Assembly: GCF_001601825.1 (NCBI RefSeq)
Contig: NZ_LUJK01000007.1
Span: forward strand, 4,261-68,260
DNA: 64,000 nt
Direction: 5' to 3'
Source: Limnobacter sp. CACIAM 66H1
Lineage (GTDB): Bacteria > Pseudomonadota > Gammaproteobacteria > Burkholderiales > Burkholderiaceae_B
Shown here: positions 48,434 to 57,653 of the stretch, piece after piece
Position numbering within the stretch: the stretch's first letter is position 1
Layout: the number at the start of each line of letters is the position of its first letter
Notes under the pieces: model-generated
Seen by the model: only the letters and a program-made list of their open reading frames with translations
Told to the model about the DNA's origin: nothing
The model's database searches: none
Position numbers and translations under genes: made by a program

Positions 48434-49387
48434 ATGGAACTATTCAGAATTAAAAACGACATTCCGTTCATGCGGCATGCGAAGATTTTCAACATCATCT
48501 CGTTCCTGACTTTTGCGGCAGCCGTATTTTTTCTGTCGACCAAAGGTTTGAACCTGAGTGTGGAGTTCACAGGCGGTGTACTCGTCGAAGCCCGCTATTC
48601 CCAACCGGCTGAACTCGAGAAAATTCGCGAAGGTTTGCGCGCCACCGGGATCGACGAGCCACAGGTTCAAAACTTCGGTACTGCACGCGATGTGTTGGTT
48701 CGACTGGCGGTGAAGGATTTGCAATCGGGCGTTTTGGGCACTGAGGGCAAACTCAACCAGCAAGCGATGACCGAGCAGGTGTTGAGCTTGGGCGGCCCGG
48801 ATGTTCAATTGATGCGTGTGGAGTTTGTAGGGCCACAGGTAGGTCGTGAGTTGGCTGAGAATGGTGTAATCGCATTGATGGTCGTGATCATCGGGATCAT
48901 GATCTATCTGGCCATGCGTTTTGAATGGAAGTTTGCGGTGTCAGCCATCGTGGCCAACTTGCACGACGTGGTCATTATTCTTGGCTTTTTCGCATTTTTC
49001 GGTTGGGAGTTTTCACTCTCGGTACTTGCAGCAGTGTTGGCGGTTTTGGGTTATTCGGTGAACGAATCTGTGGTGGTGTTTGACCGCATTCGCGAAACAT
49101 TCAAGAAAGTCCGAAAAATGACCGTTGAAGAAACCATCGACAACGCAATTACCCGAACAATTTCACGCACCATCATTACCCACGGTTCTACCCAGATCAT
49201 GGTGTGCTCGATGTTGTTTTTTGGTGGTCCTACCTTGCACGGTTTCGCCTTGGCGCTGACCATTGGTATTTGCTTTGGCATATATTCCTCAGTGTTGGTG
49301 GCCAGCCCCCTGTTGATGTGGCTGGGCCTCACCAGGGAAGACTTGGTAAAGCCTGTGAAAAAAGACAAAGAATTTGAAACCCCGTAA
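48434..49387 (+). CDS. secF: Protein translocase subunit SecF
   Basis: Motifs VEFTGG, FVGPQVG, GYSVNESVVVFDRIRE and YSSVLVA. Confidence 0.97.
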   Translation: MELFRIKNDIPFMRHAKIFNIISFLTFAAAVFFLSTKGLNLSVEFTGGVLVEARYSQPAELEKIREGLRATGIDEPQVQNFGTARDVLVRLAVKDLQSGVLGTEGKLNQQAMTEQVLSLGGPDVQLMRVEFVGPQVGRELAENGVIALMVVIIGIMIYLAMRFEWKFAVSAIVANLHDVVIILGFFAFFGWEFSLSVLAAVLAVLGYSVNESVVVFDRIRETFKKVRKMTVEETIDNAITRTISRTIITHGSTQIMVCSMLFFGGPTLHGFALALTIGICFGIYSSVLVASPLLMWLGLTREDLVKPVKKDKEFETP

Positions 49388-49411
49388 AACGGGGTTAGTA
49401 AGCGAGGCAGC

Positions 49412-50344
49412 GTGGACAATCCCAAAGACCTTTCGCCTTTGGCCAAAGGCGACATTGAAATTGGCAAGGCGCTGCCATTCGCAATCTTTGACAGAAGCGG
49501 TGTACTGCTGTTGGCTGAAGGCCAGGCGGTTAGTAGCCAGAAACAGCTTGATGAACTGGCCGCCAAGGGCTTGTACCATAACCCCCGGTGGGCCAACAAG
49601 TTTGTGATTCAACCGGGCAAGCCTCAAATGGATCCAAACGCCTTGCCCAGAATGCTTCCCGCGAAACAGGCATTTGAAGATCCCTTTGAGACGGGCAGCC
49701 AACTGAAAATGTCTGCGCCTGGGCAATCCAAAGACCCTTTCCATGTTCGTTTAATCGGTAGCATCCCTCAAGCCGCCATTTTGATCACGCACCCCATGCG
49801 GGATGGCAAATGTGTATTTGCCAAAGAAGGGCAGGTTTGGGAGTTCCAGGCCACTTACGGCTTGTCCATTTATCGCTTCAGTTCAATGATTGAAAAGGTG
49901 CTGCTGTCGCCGCACCCTCTGATTGTGATGTCATGGCCCCATGAAACGCATCTTGAGTCGCAGGCCATTCGACGCGCCCGTCGTGTGAATTGTGATTTGC
50001 CCGCCACTGTCCGTCTGAACGGCAGTCAAAGTGGTTTGGTTGAATCGATCACCGCAGTGATCGATAACATCTCAACTGGTGGGCTTGAACTGTTGTTTGC
50101 CAAGGCTGTGAATTTCAAAATGGGGCAATCCATCTCGATTGCGTTTCAAATTATTCTGGATGATCGCAAGTATTTGATCGAATGCGATGCTGAGGTGGCG
50201 TCAAAGCCCCGTGATTCCGGACCTGCTTCATCAAGTTATGGCTTTGCGTTAAAGTCGCTCAACGATGAGCAATTTGCTGTCATCCATGCGTTTGTCAGTG
50301 ATCGTCTGAATCACCGCCTTGGTCCGCAACTTTATTCAAAGTAG
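49412..50344 (+). CDS. YcgR-like flagellar-brake / PilZ-domain c-di-GMP receptor
   Basis: PilZ signature RRARR...NISTGG. Extra N-terminal module LPFAIFDRSGVLLLAEGQ. Confidence 0.85.
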   Translation: MDNPKDLSPLAKGDIEIGKALPFAIFDRSGVLLLAEGQAVSSQKQLDELAAKGLYHNPRWANKFVIQPGKPQMDPNALPRMLPAKQAFEDPFETGSQLKMSAPGQSKDPFHVRLIGSIPQAAILITHPMRDGKCVFAKEGQVWEFQATYGLSIYRFSSMIEKVLLSPHPLIVMSWPHETHLESQAIRRARRVNCDLPATVRLNGSQSGLVESITAVIDNISTGGLELLFAKAVNFKMGQSISIAFQIILDDRKYLIECDAEVASKPRDSGPASSSYGFALKSLNDEQFAVIHAFVSDRLNHRLGPQLYSK

Positions 50345-50346
50345 GA

Positions 50347-50892
50347 TCACAGCGGGCTGACCAAGGTGTACACACTGACGTTTTCCGTCTGGTTGTCCAG
50401 TGTGTGGGAATCAATCCATCTGGCCTCAATATGAATCCAAACGCCGTTGGTTTGCGTGCTTAAATTGGGTAAGGGGCGAATACTGATACATGAAGCTGCG
50501 CCCTGCGCCCAAGCACGGGGCAGCGTGGCTTGGCTCAAATCAATTGCACTGTTGGGTGCTCCCAGGGCTCTTGGCCCATTGCTCGTGCATTCATAGCCCC
50601 TCGCACCCGCAAAGCTGTTCAAGTGGTCTTCCAATCGTCCTGAGAACTGCTGCATTCGAGAAATGATTTGCCCACGCGGCGTGTCCCTGTCCAGGTCTGA
50701 AATATTGGCCAGCAACACATTGCCAATTTCTGCGACTTGAGTCGCAGCGATCGAACGCACATGGGTCGAGTTTTTAGCACCAAAATTGGCCGTCCAGTTT
50801 TTGGCATACAAGACCAAACCAATGGACAGCACCAGAATGGCGATCAGTGCGTCGACCATCGAGAATCCGTTTTTCCTAGAATCCAACTTCAT
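50347..50892 (-). CDS. Type IV minor pilin, PilV/PpdC-like
   Basis: MKLDSRKNG|FSMVDALIAILVLSIGL is a class III signal with Asp rather than Glu at +5. The start overlaps the upstream stop. Confidence 0.78.
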   Translation of the reverse strand: MKLDSRKNGFSMVDALIAILVLSIGLVLYAKNWTANFGAKNSTHVRSIAATQVAEIGNVLLANISDLDRDTPRGQIISRMQQFSGRLEDHLNSFAGARGYECTSNGPRALGAPNSAIDLSQATLPRAWAQGAASCISIRPLPNLSTQTNGVWIHIEARWIDSHTLDNQTENVSVYTLVSPL

Positions 50893-51586
50893 GTTTGCCC
50901 TTTGATTTCGGGGGTGGCGGCCTGGGTTCCTCCCTTGGAGGTGGCTCCGACGGAGGCCGGTGTTGAACAGGCGGCGGTGGTGGTGGATTGGGGTCGGGTG
51001 GCCTTGGCGGTGGAGGAGGGGGAGGGGGTGGAATACGGGGCAAGTACTCTTTCCCATTGCTGTCTTCACGATTGAATACAAATGAACGTTTGACGCAACC
51101 GGATTCCACCCCTTCACTTCCAGAACAATTGACGCTGGCCACAATTTCAAAGGTGGCTCGGTAGTTTTCATCTGAAATGTCATCCCGGCAGTTGTAGGGA
51201 GCCACAATGCCCCGAATTACGATGTCTTGTCGCGAGCCATCTGGTGTGTCTGGGCTTGCCAGCTGTACTTCAGGATCAAGCGTTTCAGGTAAGTCAACTG
51301 TGTAGGAGCATTCACGGATAACTCGGGTGTCACCCCGGTGAGTGTCGATTAATTGCTGAATGGCCGCGTCATTGCCAAAATTGTGGGTGTAGTGACGAAG
51401 GCCTGCATAGGCCAGATGGCGCGCCTCCTCAATGTGTTGCTTGGAGTTGGACAAATAAAGATCCAGGCTTGTGGAGGTGATGTTTTGCAGGCTGATCAGC
51501 CCAAACACAATCACCAATACCACACACACAAATACCCCGAGCGCACCGGTTTGTAATTTGTTTCGCAGGCCGTACCGGTACTTCAT
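50876..51586 (-). CDS. Type IV minor pilin, PilX/YgdB-like, with a C-terminal polyproline tail
   Basis: KLQTG|ALGVFVCVVLVIVFGL (no Glu5, as expected for PilX/GspK-type subunits). ARHLAYAGL resembles the PilX A..AAEAGL helix. Proline-rich C-terminus. Confidence 0.75.
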   Translation of the reverse strand: MKYRYGLRNKLQTGALGVFVCVVLVIVFGLISLQNITSTSLDLYLSNSKQHIEEARHLAYAGLRHYTHNFGNDAAIQQLIDTHRGDTRVIRECSYTVDLPETLDPEVQLASPDTPDGSRQDIVIRGIVAPYNCRDDISDENYRATFEIVASVNCSGSEGVESGCVKRSFVFNREDSNGKEYLPRIPPPPPPPPPRPPDPNPPPPPPVQHRPPSEPPPREEPRPPPPKSKGKHEVGF

Positions 51587-52302
51587 GATCCAACCCTTAC
51601 TCGCGTGGTGTTCAGCAGGTGAATGATTCGGGCCTCTTCATAAAGCCCTTCGGTCAGGTTGTTGCCAATTCTGGCCTTGAACATGGCGATCCAGAACATA
51701 TTGGATTCCGGGTTGTTTTCAATCACCGAATTGCAGTTCTGCTCATAATGCGCAGTGACTTGATTGGGTGTGTCAGCCTGAAACCTGCAAAAACGGATGT
51801 TGGTGAATTCAAAGTCGCGGGTGTTGTTCAAATCAAGCCAGTCTGGGCTGTCGTTGCAGAATGCACCGTGATCGAACTGCGCCATGTTGACGCCGTTCAG
51901 CTGCCGCTGGGCAAGTACCCCGTTCATTAAACGAAAGCCGGTTAAATTAATGATGTCGTTTCCACCGCGGCTGACCCGGGTGGGAATACTCAAACAGAAG
52001 TTTCGGTTGCTTGCCTGGTATCCGTTGCACTGAGGTGCCTGATTTTGCAGGCTACACAGTTGAATGCCTTTGGCCTCCACATCCGGGTTTTGGTAACTGC
52101 CGCCCCGGTTCAGGTGGACCGTGACAATTTCACCAATCCGGTTGACTTGATCTACCAGGTTTTCGGTATTCAGATCGTTTTGCGCGCGCATGCTGACCCC
52201 CATTAACTTGAGTGCGCCCGTAATACTGATGGTCAGCAAGGCCATGCCGATCAACAGACTGACCGAAGATGCCCCATGAGAGTGACGTTTTTTGTCAGTC
52301 AT
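51583..52302 (-). CDS. Type IV minor pilin, PilW/PpdB-like
   Basis: HSHG|ASSVSLLIGMALL N-terminus. HLNRGG, GFRLMNGVL and C...W parallel recalled PpdB motifs (HLQRAGY, GFRL, SCEGKGW). Six Cys residues. Confidence 0.75.
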   Translation of the reverse strand: MTDKKRHSHGASSVSLLIGMALLTISITGALKLMGVSMRAQNDLNTENLVDQVNRIGEIVTVHLNRGGSYQNPDVEAKGIQLCSLQNQAPQCNGYQASNRNFCLSIPTRVSRGGNDIINLTGFRLMNGVLAQRQLNGVNMAQFDHGAFCNDSPDWLDLNNTRDFEFTNIRFCRFQADTPNQVTAHYEQNCNSVIENNPESNMFWIAMFKARIGNNLTEGLYEEARIIHLLNTTRVRVGS

Positions 52303-52783
52303 AGCGCACTACTCCATTGCCTATCCCCAAGTAGATGATCTCTGCGCGTCTGTCGCGGTAGTTCAGGGTCAAGCGCGTTTGGCTTTGTGTATCCAATACA
52401 CCGGACACAGCATTGAAATTCAGGCGTACTGCATCTTCCAGGGTGACGTTGCCCAGGGTGCCTGAGAATCCGCGGTTGTTCTGGCTGCCCGTCTGTGCGT
52501 ACCATGCACTGCAACCCTTCATGAAAGGATCGTGTTGAACACTGACACTGATGCTCACTGCGGCGTCTGCAGGTCGCAGGTTCATTTCAACCGGGCACTC
52601 GGTAATTGCCGCCAAATTGCGTGCCTGCTCCACGTAGGTATCCAGGCGGGAGACTTTTGCTTTCAAGGTTTGTTTGTTTAACACTGAGCTCATGCTGGGA
52701 ATCGCTGAGACAGCCAACACACCCAGCACGGCCAGACCAATCAGTATTTCAATCAAGGTGAAGCCCCAAGTTGCTTTAGCCAT
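52295..52783 (-). CDS. fimT: FimT/FimU/PpdA-like (GspH-type) minor pilin
   Basis: MAKATWG|FTLIEILIGLAVLGVLAVSAIPSM is a canonical class III signal. EQARNLA helix and FNAVSG motif. The start overlaps the pilE stop. Confidence 0.82.
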   Translation of the reverse strand: MAKATWGFTLIEILIGLAVLGVLAVSAIPSMSSVLNKQTLKAKVSRLDTYVEQARNLAAITECPVEMNLRPADAAVSISVSVQHDPFMKGCSAWYAQTGSQNNRGFSGTLGNVTLEDAVRLNFNAVSGVLDTQSQTRLTLNYRDRRAEIIYLGIGNGVVRYD

Positions 52784-53222
52784 GGGGAACACACTGGTTC
52801 GAGGTGTTTTGGTTGCTTGCAGAACGGGCACCAAAACGCTGAATACCCATGTCGCTTTCAACAATCAGGATTCTGCAGGCTTGGGGCAGCTTCATCGGTG
52901 CACCTGCGCTGGGTGTGATTTCTGCGCGATACCCGCGAAAGTCGGAATTAGAGACCAGCACCTTGTATTTGGTCGATGAAGGCAGGATCAATCGATTGGC
53001 ATTCGGTGTGCCATTGCTTGAAACGTCTTGTGCGTATCGCCCATAACGTTGTCGGTGAAGCTGCTGACCCAACGCCAGCTCGATGCCAAACTCTCTCATG
53101 GTGCGAAAGTTGGATTTTTCCCAAGAGGCCTCGTACCCGGCATAGCTAAGGGTGGCAAGTACTCCCACAATTGCGATTGCAACTGTCAGCTCAATCAATG
53201 AAAATCCGAGGCCCGAACGCAT
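52776..53222 (-). CDS. pilE: PilE-like (non-core) minor pilin
   Basis: MRSGLG|FSLIELTVAIAIVGVLATLSYAGY; QQLHRQRYGRY; C-terminal C...C pair. Confidence 0.82.
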   Translation of the reverse strand: MRSGLGFSLIELTVAIAIVGVLATLSYAGYEASWEKSNFRTMREFGIELALGQQLHRQRYGRYAQDVSSNGTPNANRLILPSSTKYKVLVSNSDFRGYRAEITPSAGAPMKLPQACRILIVESDMGIQRFGARSASNQNTSNQCVPHG

Positions 53223-53283
53223 GGTCAAACGCCAAAAACAATTGGATGTATTGGAGTATGCGTGGGTAATTTGGGCTGATCAT

Positions 53284-53327
53284 CCCCGAGGCAGGGTACT
53301 TACAAACGGTGACGTTTAGCCTCGGGG
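53284..53327. other. Long stem-loop between purB and the pilin cluster
   Basis: Outer arms CCCCGAGGC/GCCTCGGGG (9 bp); inner AAACG-GTGA-CGTTT. Confidence 0.55.
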
Positions 53328-53335
53328 CGCGATTG

Positions 53336-54736
<1,401 letters not shown>

Positions 54737-54902
54737 TCAAAGCCTTGTATTGTAACCTGTCTCATCGGGAACTGTTTGGACAGAATGATGCCAGCGGTGG
54801 TATTTTGGAATTCTGCTTGTTCAATTTGTAAAACTGTTAGACACTTTCAGGTCGTAAAAACAAGACGCAATCTCATCCAGGATTGTATTTAGGAGAACTG
54901 TG

Positions 54903-55514
54903 ATGAAACTAGTGGGATCCATGACTAGCCCCTTCGTGCGCAAAATTCGCGTTCAGCTTCAAGAAAAAGAAATTCCGTACGAGTTTGTTCTGGAAAATGT
55001 GTGGGACGAAAACACCCGCATCACTGACCACAATCCGCTGGGCAAGGTGCCTTGTCTGATTTTGGATGGCGGCCAGACCGTGTTCGATTCTTTGGTCATT
55101 TCAGGCACGCTTGAATACATGATGCCAACAGTACCCTTGTTGCCAACCAACCCCAATATGCGTGCGTTGGTCCGCACCATGGAATCTCTGGGTCAGGGCA
55201 TTAGCCAGGCTGCAGTCGATATTATTCTGGAGAAGAAATTCCATGAAGGCGACAAAGTGAGCCAAGCCTGGATTGATCGTCAAACCCAAAAAATCCACAA
55301 CGGTTTGGCCTGGGTTTCCCACCGCATTAAAACCACCCCTGGTTTTTACCTGACTGAGCAGTTTAGCCTGGCCGATATCACGGTTGGTTGTGCATTGTTC
55401 TATCTGGACTTCAGGATGCCAGAGCTGAAATGGCGCGAATTGTATCCGGAATTGAATGAGTATTCGGAACGAATTGCCTGTCGCCCAAGCTTTGAGGACA
55501 CCAAACCTCAGTAA
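54903..55514 (+). CDS. Glutathione S-transferase family protein
   Basis: Motifs SPFVRKIR, NPLGKVPCL, FDS and FSLADITVGCAL. AGGAG RBS; the alternative start is GTG 54900. Confidence 0.92.
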   Translation: MKLVGSMTSPFVRKIRVQLQEKEIPYEFVLENVWDENTRITDHNPLGKVPCLILDGGQTVFDSLVISGTLEYMMPTVPLLPTNPNMRALVRTMESLGQGISQAAVDIILEKKFHEGDKVSQAWIDRQTQKIHNGLAWVSHRIKTTPGFYLTEQFSLADITVGCALFYLDFRMPELKWRELYPELNEYSERIACRPSFEDTKPQ

Positions 55515-55536
55515 TTGCCAGCAATTATTGCGGACG

Positions 55537-55578
55537 AAAAAAGCCCTGAGCAGCGTATAAGCAAGCCAGGGTTTTTTT
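55537..55578. terminator. Bidirectional Rho-independent terminator between GST and mnmA
   Basis: AAAAAAGCCCTG...CAGGGTTTTTTT, with an A-tract and a T-tract flanking the stem. Confidence 0.8.
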
Positions 55579-55595
55579 CATGGTCGAAGTGCGCT

Positions 55596-56663
55596 TCAGG
55601 CAATCACACCGCCGCCCAAGCACACCTCGCCCTGGTAAAGAACAGCGCTTTGCCCCGGTGTCACTGCAAACTGGCTTTCGGTGAAATTCAACTCGAAACC
55701 TTGATTGGTCAATTTGAAGTCACAAGCCGAGTCTTCCTGGCGATAGCGCGCCTTGCACGCCATGTGTGTTTCTGAAGGCGCGTGACCGGAAATGTAGTGG
55801 GCCTGTTCGGCTGTCAACACTTTCTGGTGCAACCAAGGGTGGTCATGGCCTTGCACCACATACAGCGTGTTGTTTTTCAGATCCTTGCGGGCCACAAACC
55901 AGGGTTCGCCGTTGCCTTCTTTCTGGCCGCCAATACCAATGCCTTTGCGCTGTCCCAGTGTGTAAAAGCTTAAGCCCACATGCTCGCCAATTTGATGGCC
56001 CTCGTCATTCAGAATGGGGCCAGGCGCGGTGGGTAGGTAGCGGTTTAAAAACTCACGGAAAGGCCGCTCGCCAATGAAGCAAATGCCAGTGCTGTCTTTT
56101 TTGGTGGCATTGGCCAAACCCAGTTCAAGCGCTATTTTCCGCACTTCGGTTTTCTGGATCTCACCGAGCGGAAACAGGGTTTTACTCAGCTGCGCTTGGT
56201 TCAGCCGGTGCAAAAAGTACGATTGATCTTTGCTGTGGTCCACCGCTTTCAGAAGCTGGAATTCACCGTTGACTTCCCGTACGCGGGCATAGTGGCCGGT
56301 TGCGATGTAATCGGCGCCCAGGCTGTAGGCATGATCCAGGAAGGCTTTGAACTTGATCTCGCTGTTGCAGAGAATGTCCGGGTTTGGGGTGCGGCCTGCC
56401 GAGTACTCGCTGAGAAACACCGAGAAAACCCGGTCTTTGTATTCGCTGGCGAAGTTGACGGCTTCAATGTCCACGCCCACCACGTCAGCCACACTTGCAG
56501 CGTCCAGCCAGTCTTGCCGGCTGGAACAATATTCCGAGTCGTCATCGTCTTCCCAGTTTTTCATGAAAAGACCGATCACGTTGTAACCCTGCTGCTTGAG
56601 CAGCCACGCCGACACGGAGGAATCAACCCCGCCCGACATGCCGATAACTACTGTTTTTGCCAT
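55596..56663 (-). CDS. mnmA: tRNA-specific 2-thiouridylase MnmA
   Basis: Motifs [46 protein letters not shown] and AVTPGQSAV. Confidence 0.97.
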   Translation of the reverse strand: MAKTVVIGMSGGVDSSVSAWLLKQQGYNVIGLFMKNWEDDDDSEYCSSRQDWLDAASVADVVGVDIEAVNFASEYKDRVFSVFLSEYSAGRTPNPDILCNSEIKFKAFLDHAYSLGADYIATGHYARVREVNGEFQLLKAVDHSKDQSYFLHRLNQAQLSKTLFPLGEIQKTEVRKIALELGLANATKKDSTGICFIGERPFREFLNRYLPTAPGPILNDEGHQIGEHVGLSFYTLGQRKGIGIGGQKEGNGEPWFVARKDLKNNTLYVVQGHDHPWLHQKVLTAEQAHYISGHAPSETHMACKARYRQEDSACDFKLTNQGFELNFTESQFAVTPGQSAVLYQGEVCLGGGVIA

Positions 56664-56668
56664 GATGC

Positions 56669-57184
56669 TTACGATACGCCGGGGGGCATAGGCCCTGCAA
56701 TTACGCTGGGATGTGTGTAAACATGTTCAAGCGGCATGATGGGCTGCTTGCCGGCTTTCCAGTTCAGGAAATCCTCAACGCAGCGCATCACCAAGGGGCT
56801 GCGGTGTTGGTCTTGCGTAGCGCGCAGTTCTTCAACTGTCATCCACAGGGTGCGAATAATGCCGTCGTCCAGGGCACGCTCTGTGTGGTGTTTAACCACC
56901 TCGGCCGCAAATGCGAAGCGAAGATAAGTCACATCCTCCAGCGTGCGTGAGCTGGTGTAGCGACTCATGTAAATGCCCAACAACCCTACAGGTTTTACTT
57001 CCCAAGCCGATTCTTCAAGTGCCTCGCGGGCAGCACCAAACTGCGGCGTTTCACCTGGGTCCAGGTGGCCTGCGGGTTGGTTCAGCTTGATGCCATCGGT
57101 GGTGTGCTCTTCCACAATCAGGAATTTGCCCTGATGTTCAACAATGGCGGCTACTGTAACGCTGGGTTTCCAGACTTCTGACAT
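56669..57184 (-). CDS. Nudix hydrolase (NudJ/YmfB-like)
   Basis: [16 protein letters not shown] and the Nudix box [15 protein letters not shown]; [11 protein letters not shown]. Upstream of mnmA. Confidence 0.9.
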   Translation of the reverse strand: MSEVWKPSVTVAAIVEHQGKFLIVEEHTTDGIKLNQPAGHLDPGETPQFGAAREALEESAWEVKPVGLLGIYMSRYTSSRTLEDVTYLRFAFAAEVVKHHTERALDDGIIRTLWMTVEELRATQDQHRSPLVMRCVEDFLNWKAGKQPIMPLEHVYTHPSVIAGPMPPGVS

Positions 57185-57254
57185 GGCTTTCAATCGCACT
57201 ACCTAAACAGGGTGCGCCGAGGGTTGGGAGTTAAAAAACACGTTAGAATAGCAG

Positions 57255-57442
57255 GGTTAAGGTGCTTGTGCTCATTTTTTGAGCGCAGTTAAACGGGAAG
57301 CAGGTTCAAGCCTGCGCTGCCCCCGCAACGGTAAGTAAGTGCGGGTGTGTCATTTTGCCACTGGTAGTAAAGCTGCTCTAAAAACACAGCAACTGGGAAG
57401 GCGACACATCAAAACTTACAAGCCCGGATACCGGCCTTGACC
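57255..57442 (+). ncRNA. Cobalamin (AdoCbl, class I) riboswitch
   Basis: Conserved elements AAGGTGC, AAACGGGAA, the GCAGG-TTCAAG-CCTGC T-loop, CTGCCCCCGCAACGGT, GCCACTG...CTGGGAAGGC and the B12 box AAGCCCGGATACCGGCC. P1 is GGTTAAGG/CCTTGACC. It lies upstream of btuB. Confidence 0.95.
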
Positions 57443-57653
57443 GTTCAGCCTGTCCCATTCAGGCGAGCGACTGGTGCTGCGGGGAGGCAGTGCGCAGGCG
57501 GCTAATTGCTTCTAATCGAACTTTTTTCCGTAACTTACCCTGGCGTATTGTCCGTGGTTTTGTTGCGCGCACTGTTCTTTCGCCTGTTCTTTGTCTTCTC
57601 CAGTGAATTTATTGCTGCACGGTGGGTGCGGTTTAAACCTCAAGGTTAAGTTC

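Noticed and set aside
50990-51040. G-run cluster on the plus strand inside a pilin locus (reminiscent of the Neisseria pilE G4)
   Set aside because: It is fully explained as the complement of proline codons. It is intragenic, and no silent pilin cassettes are present.
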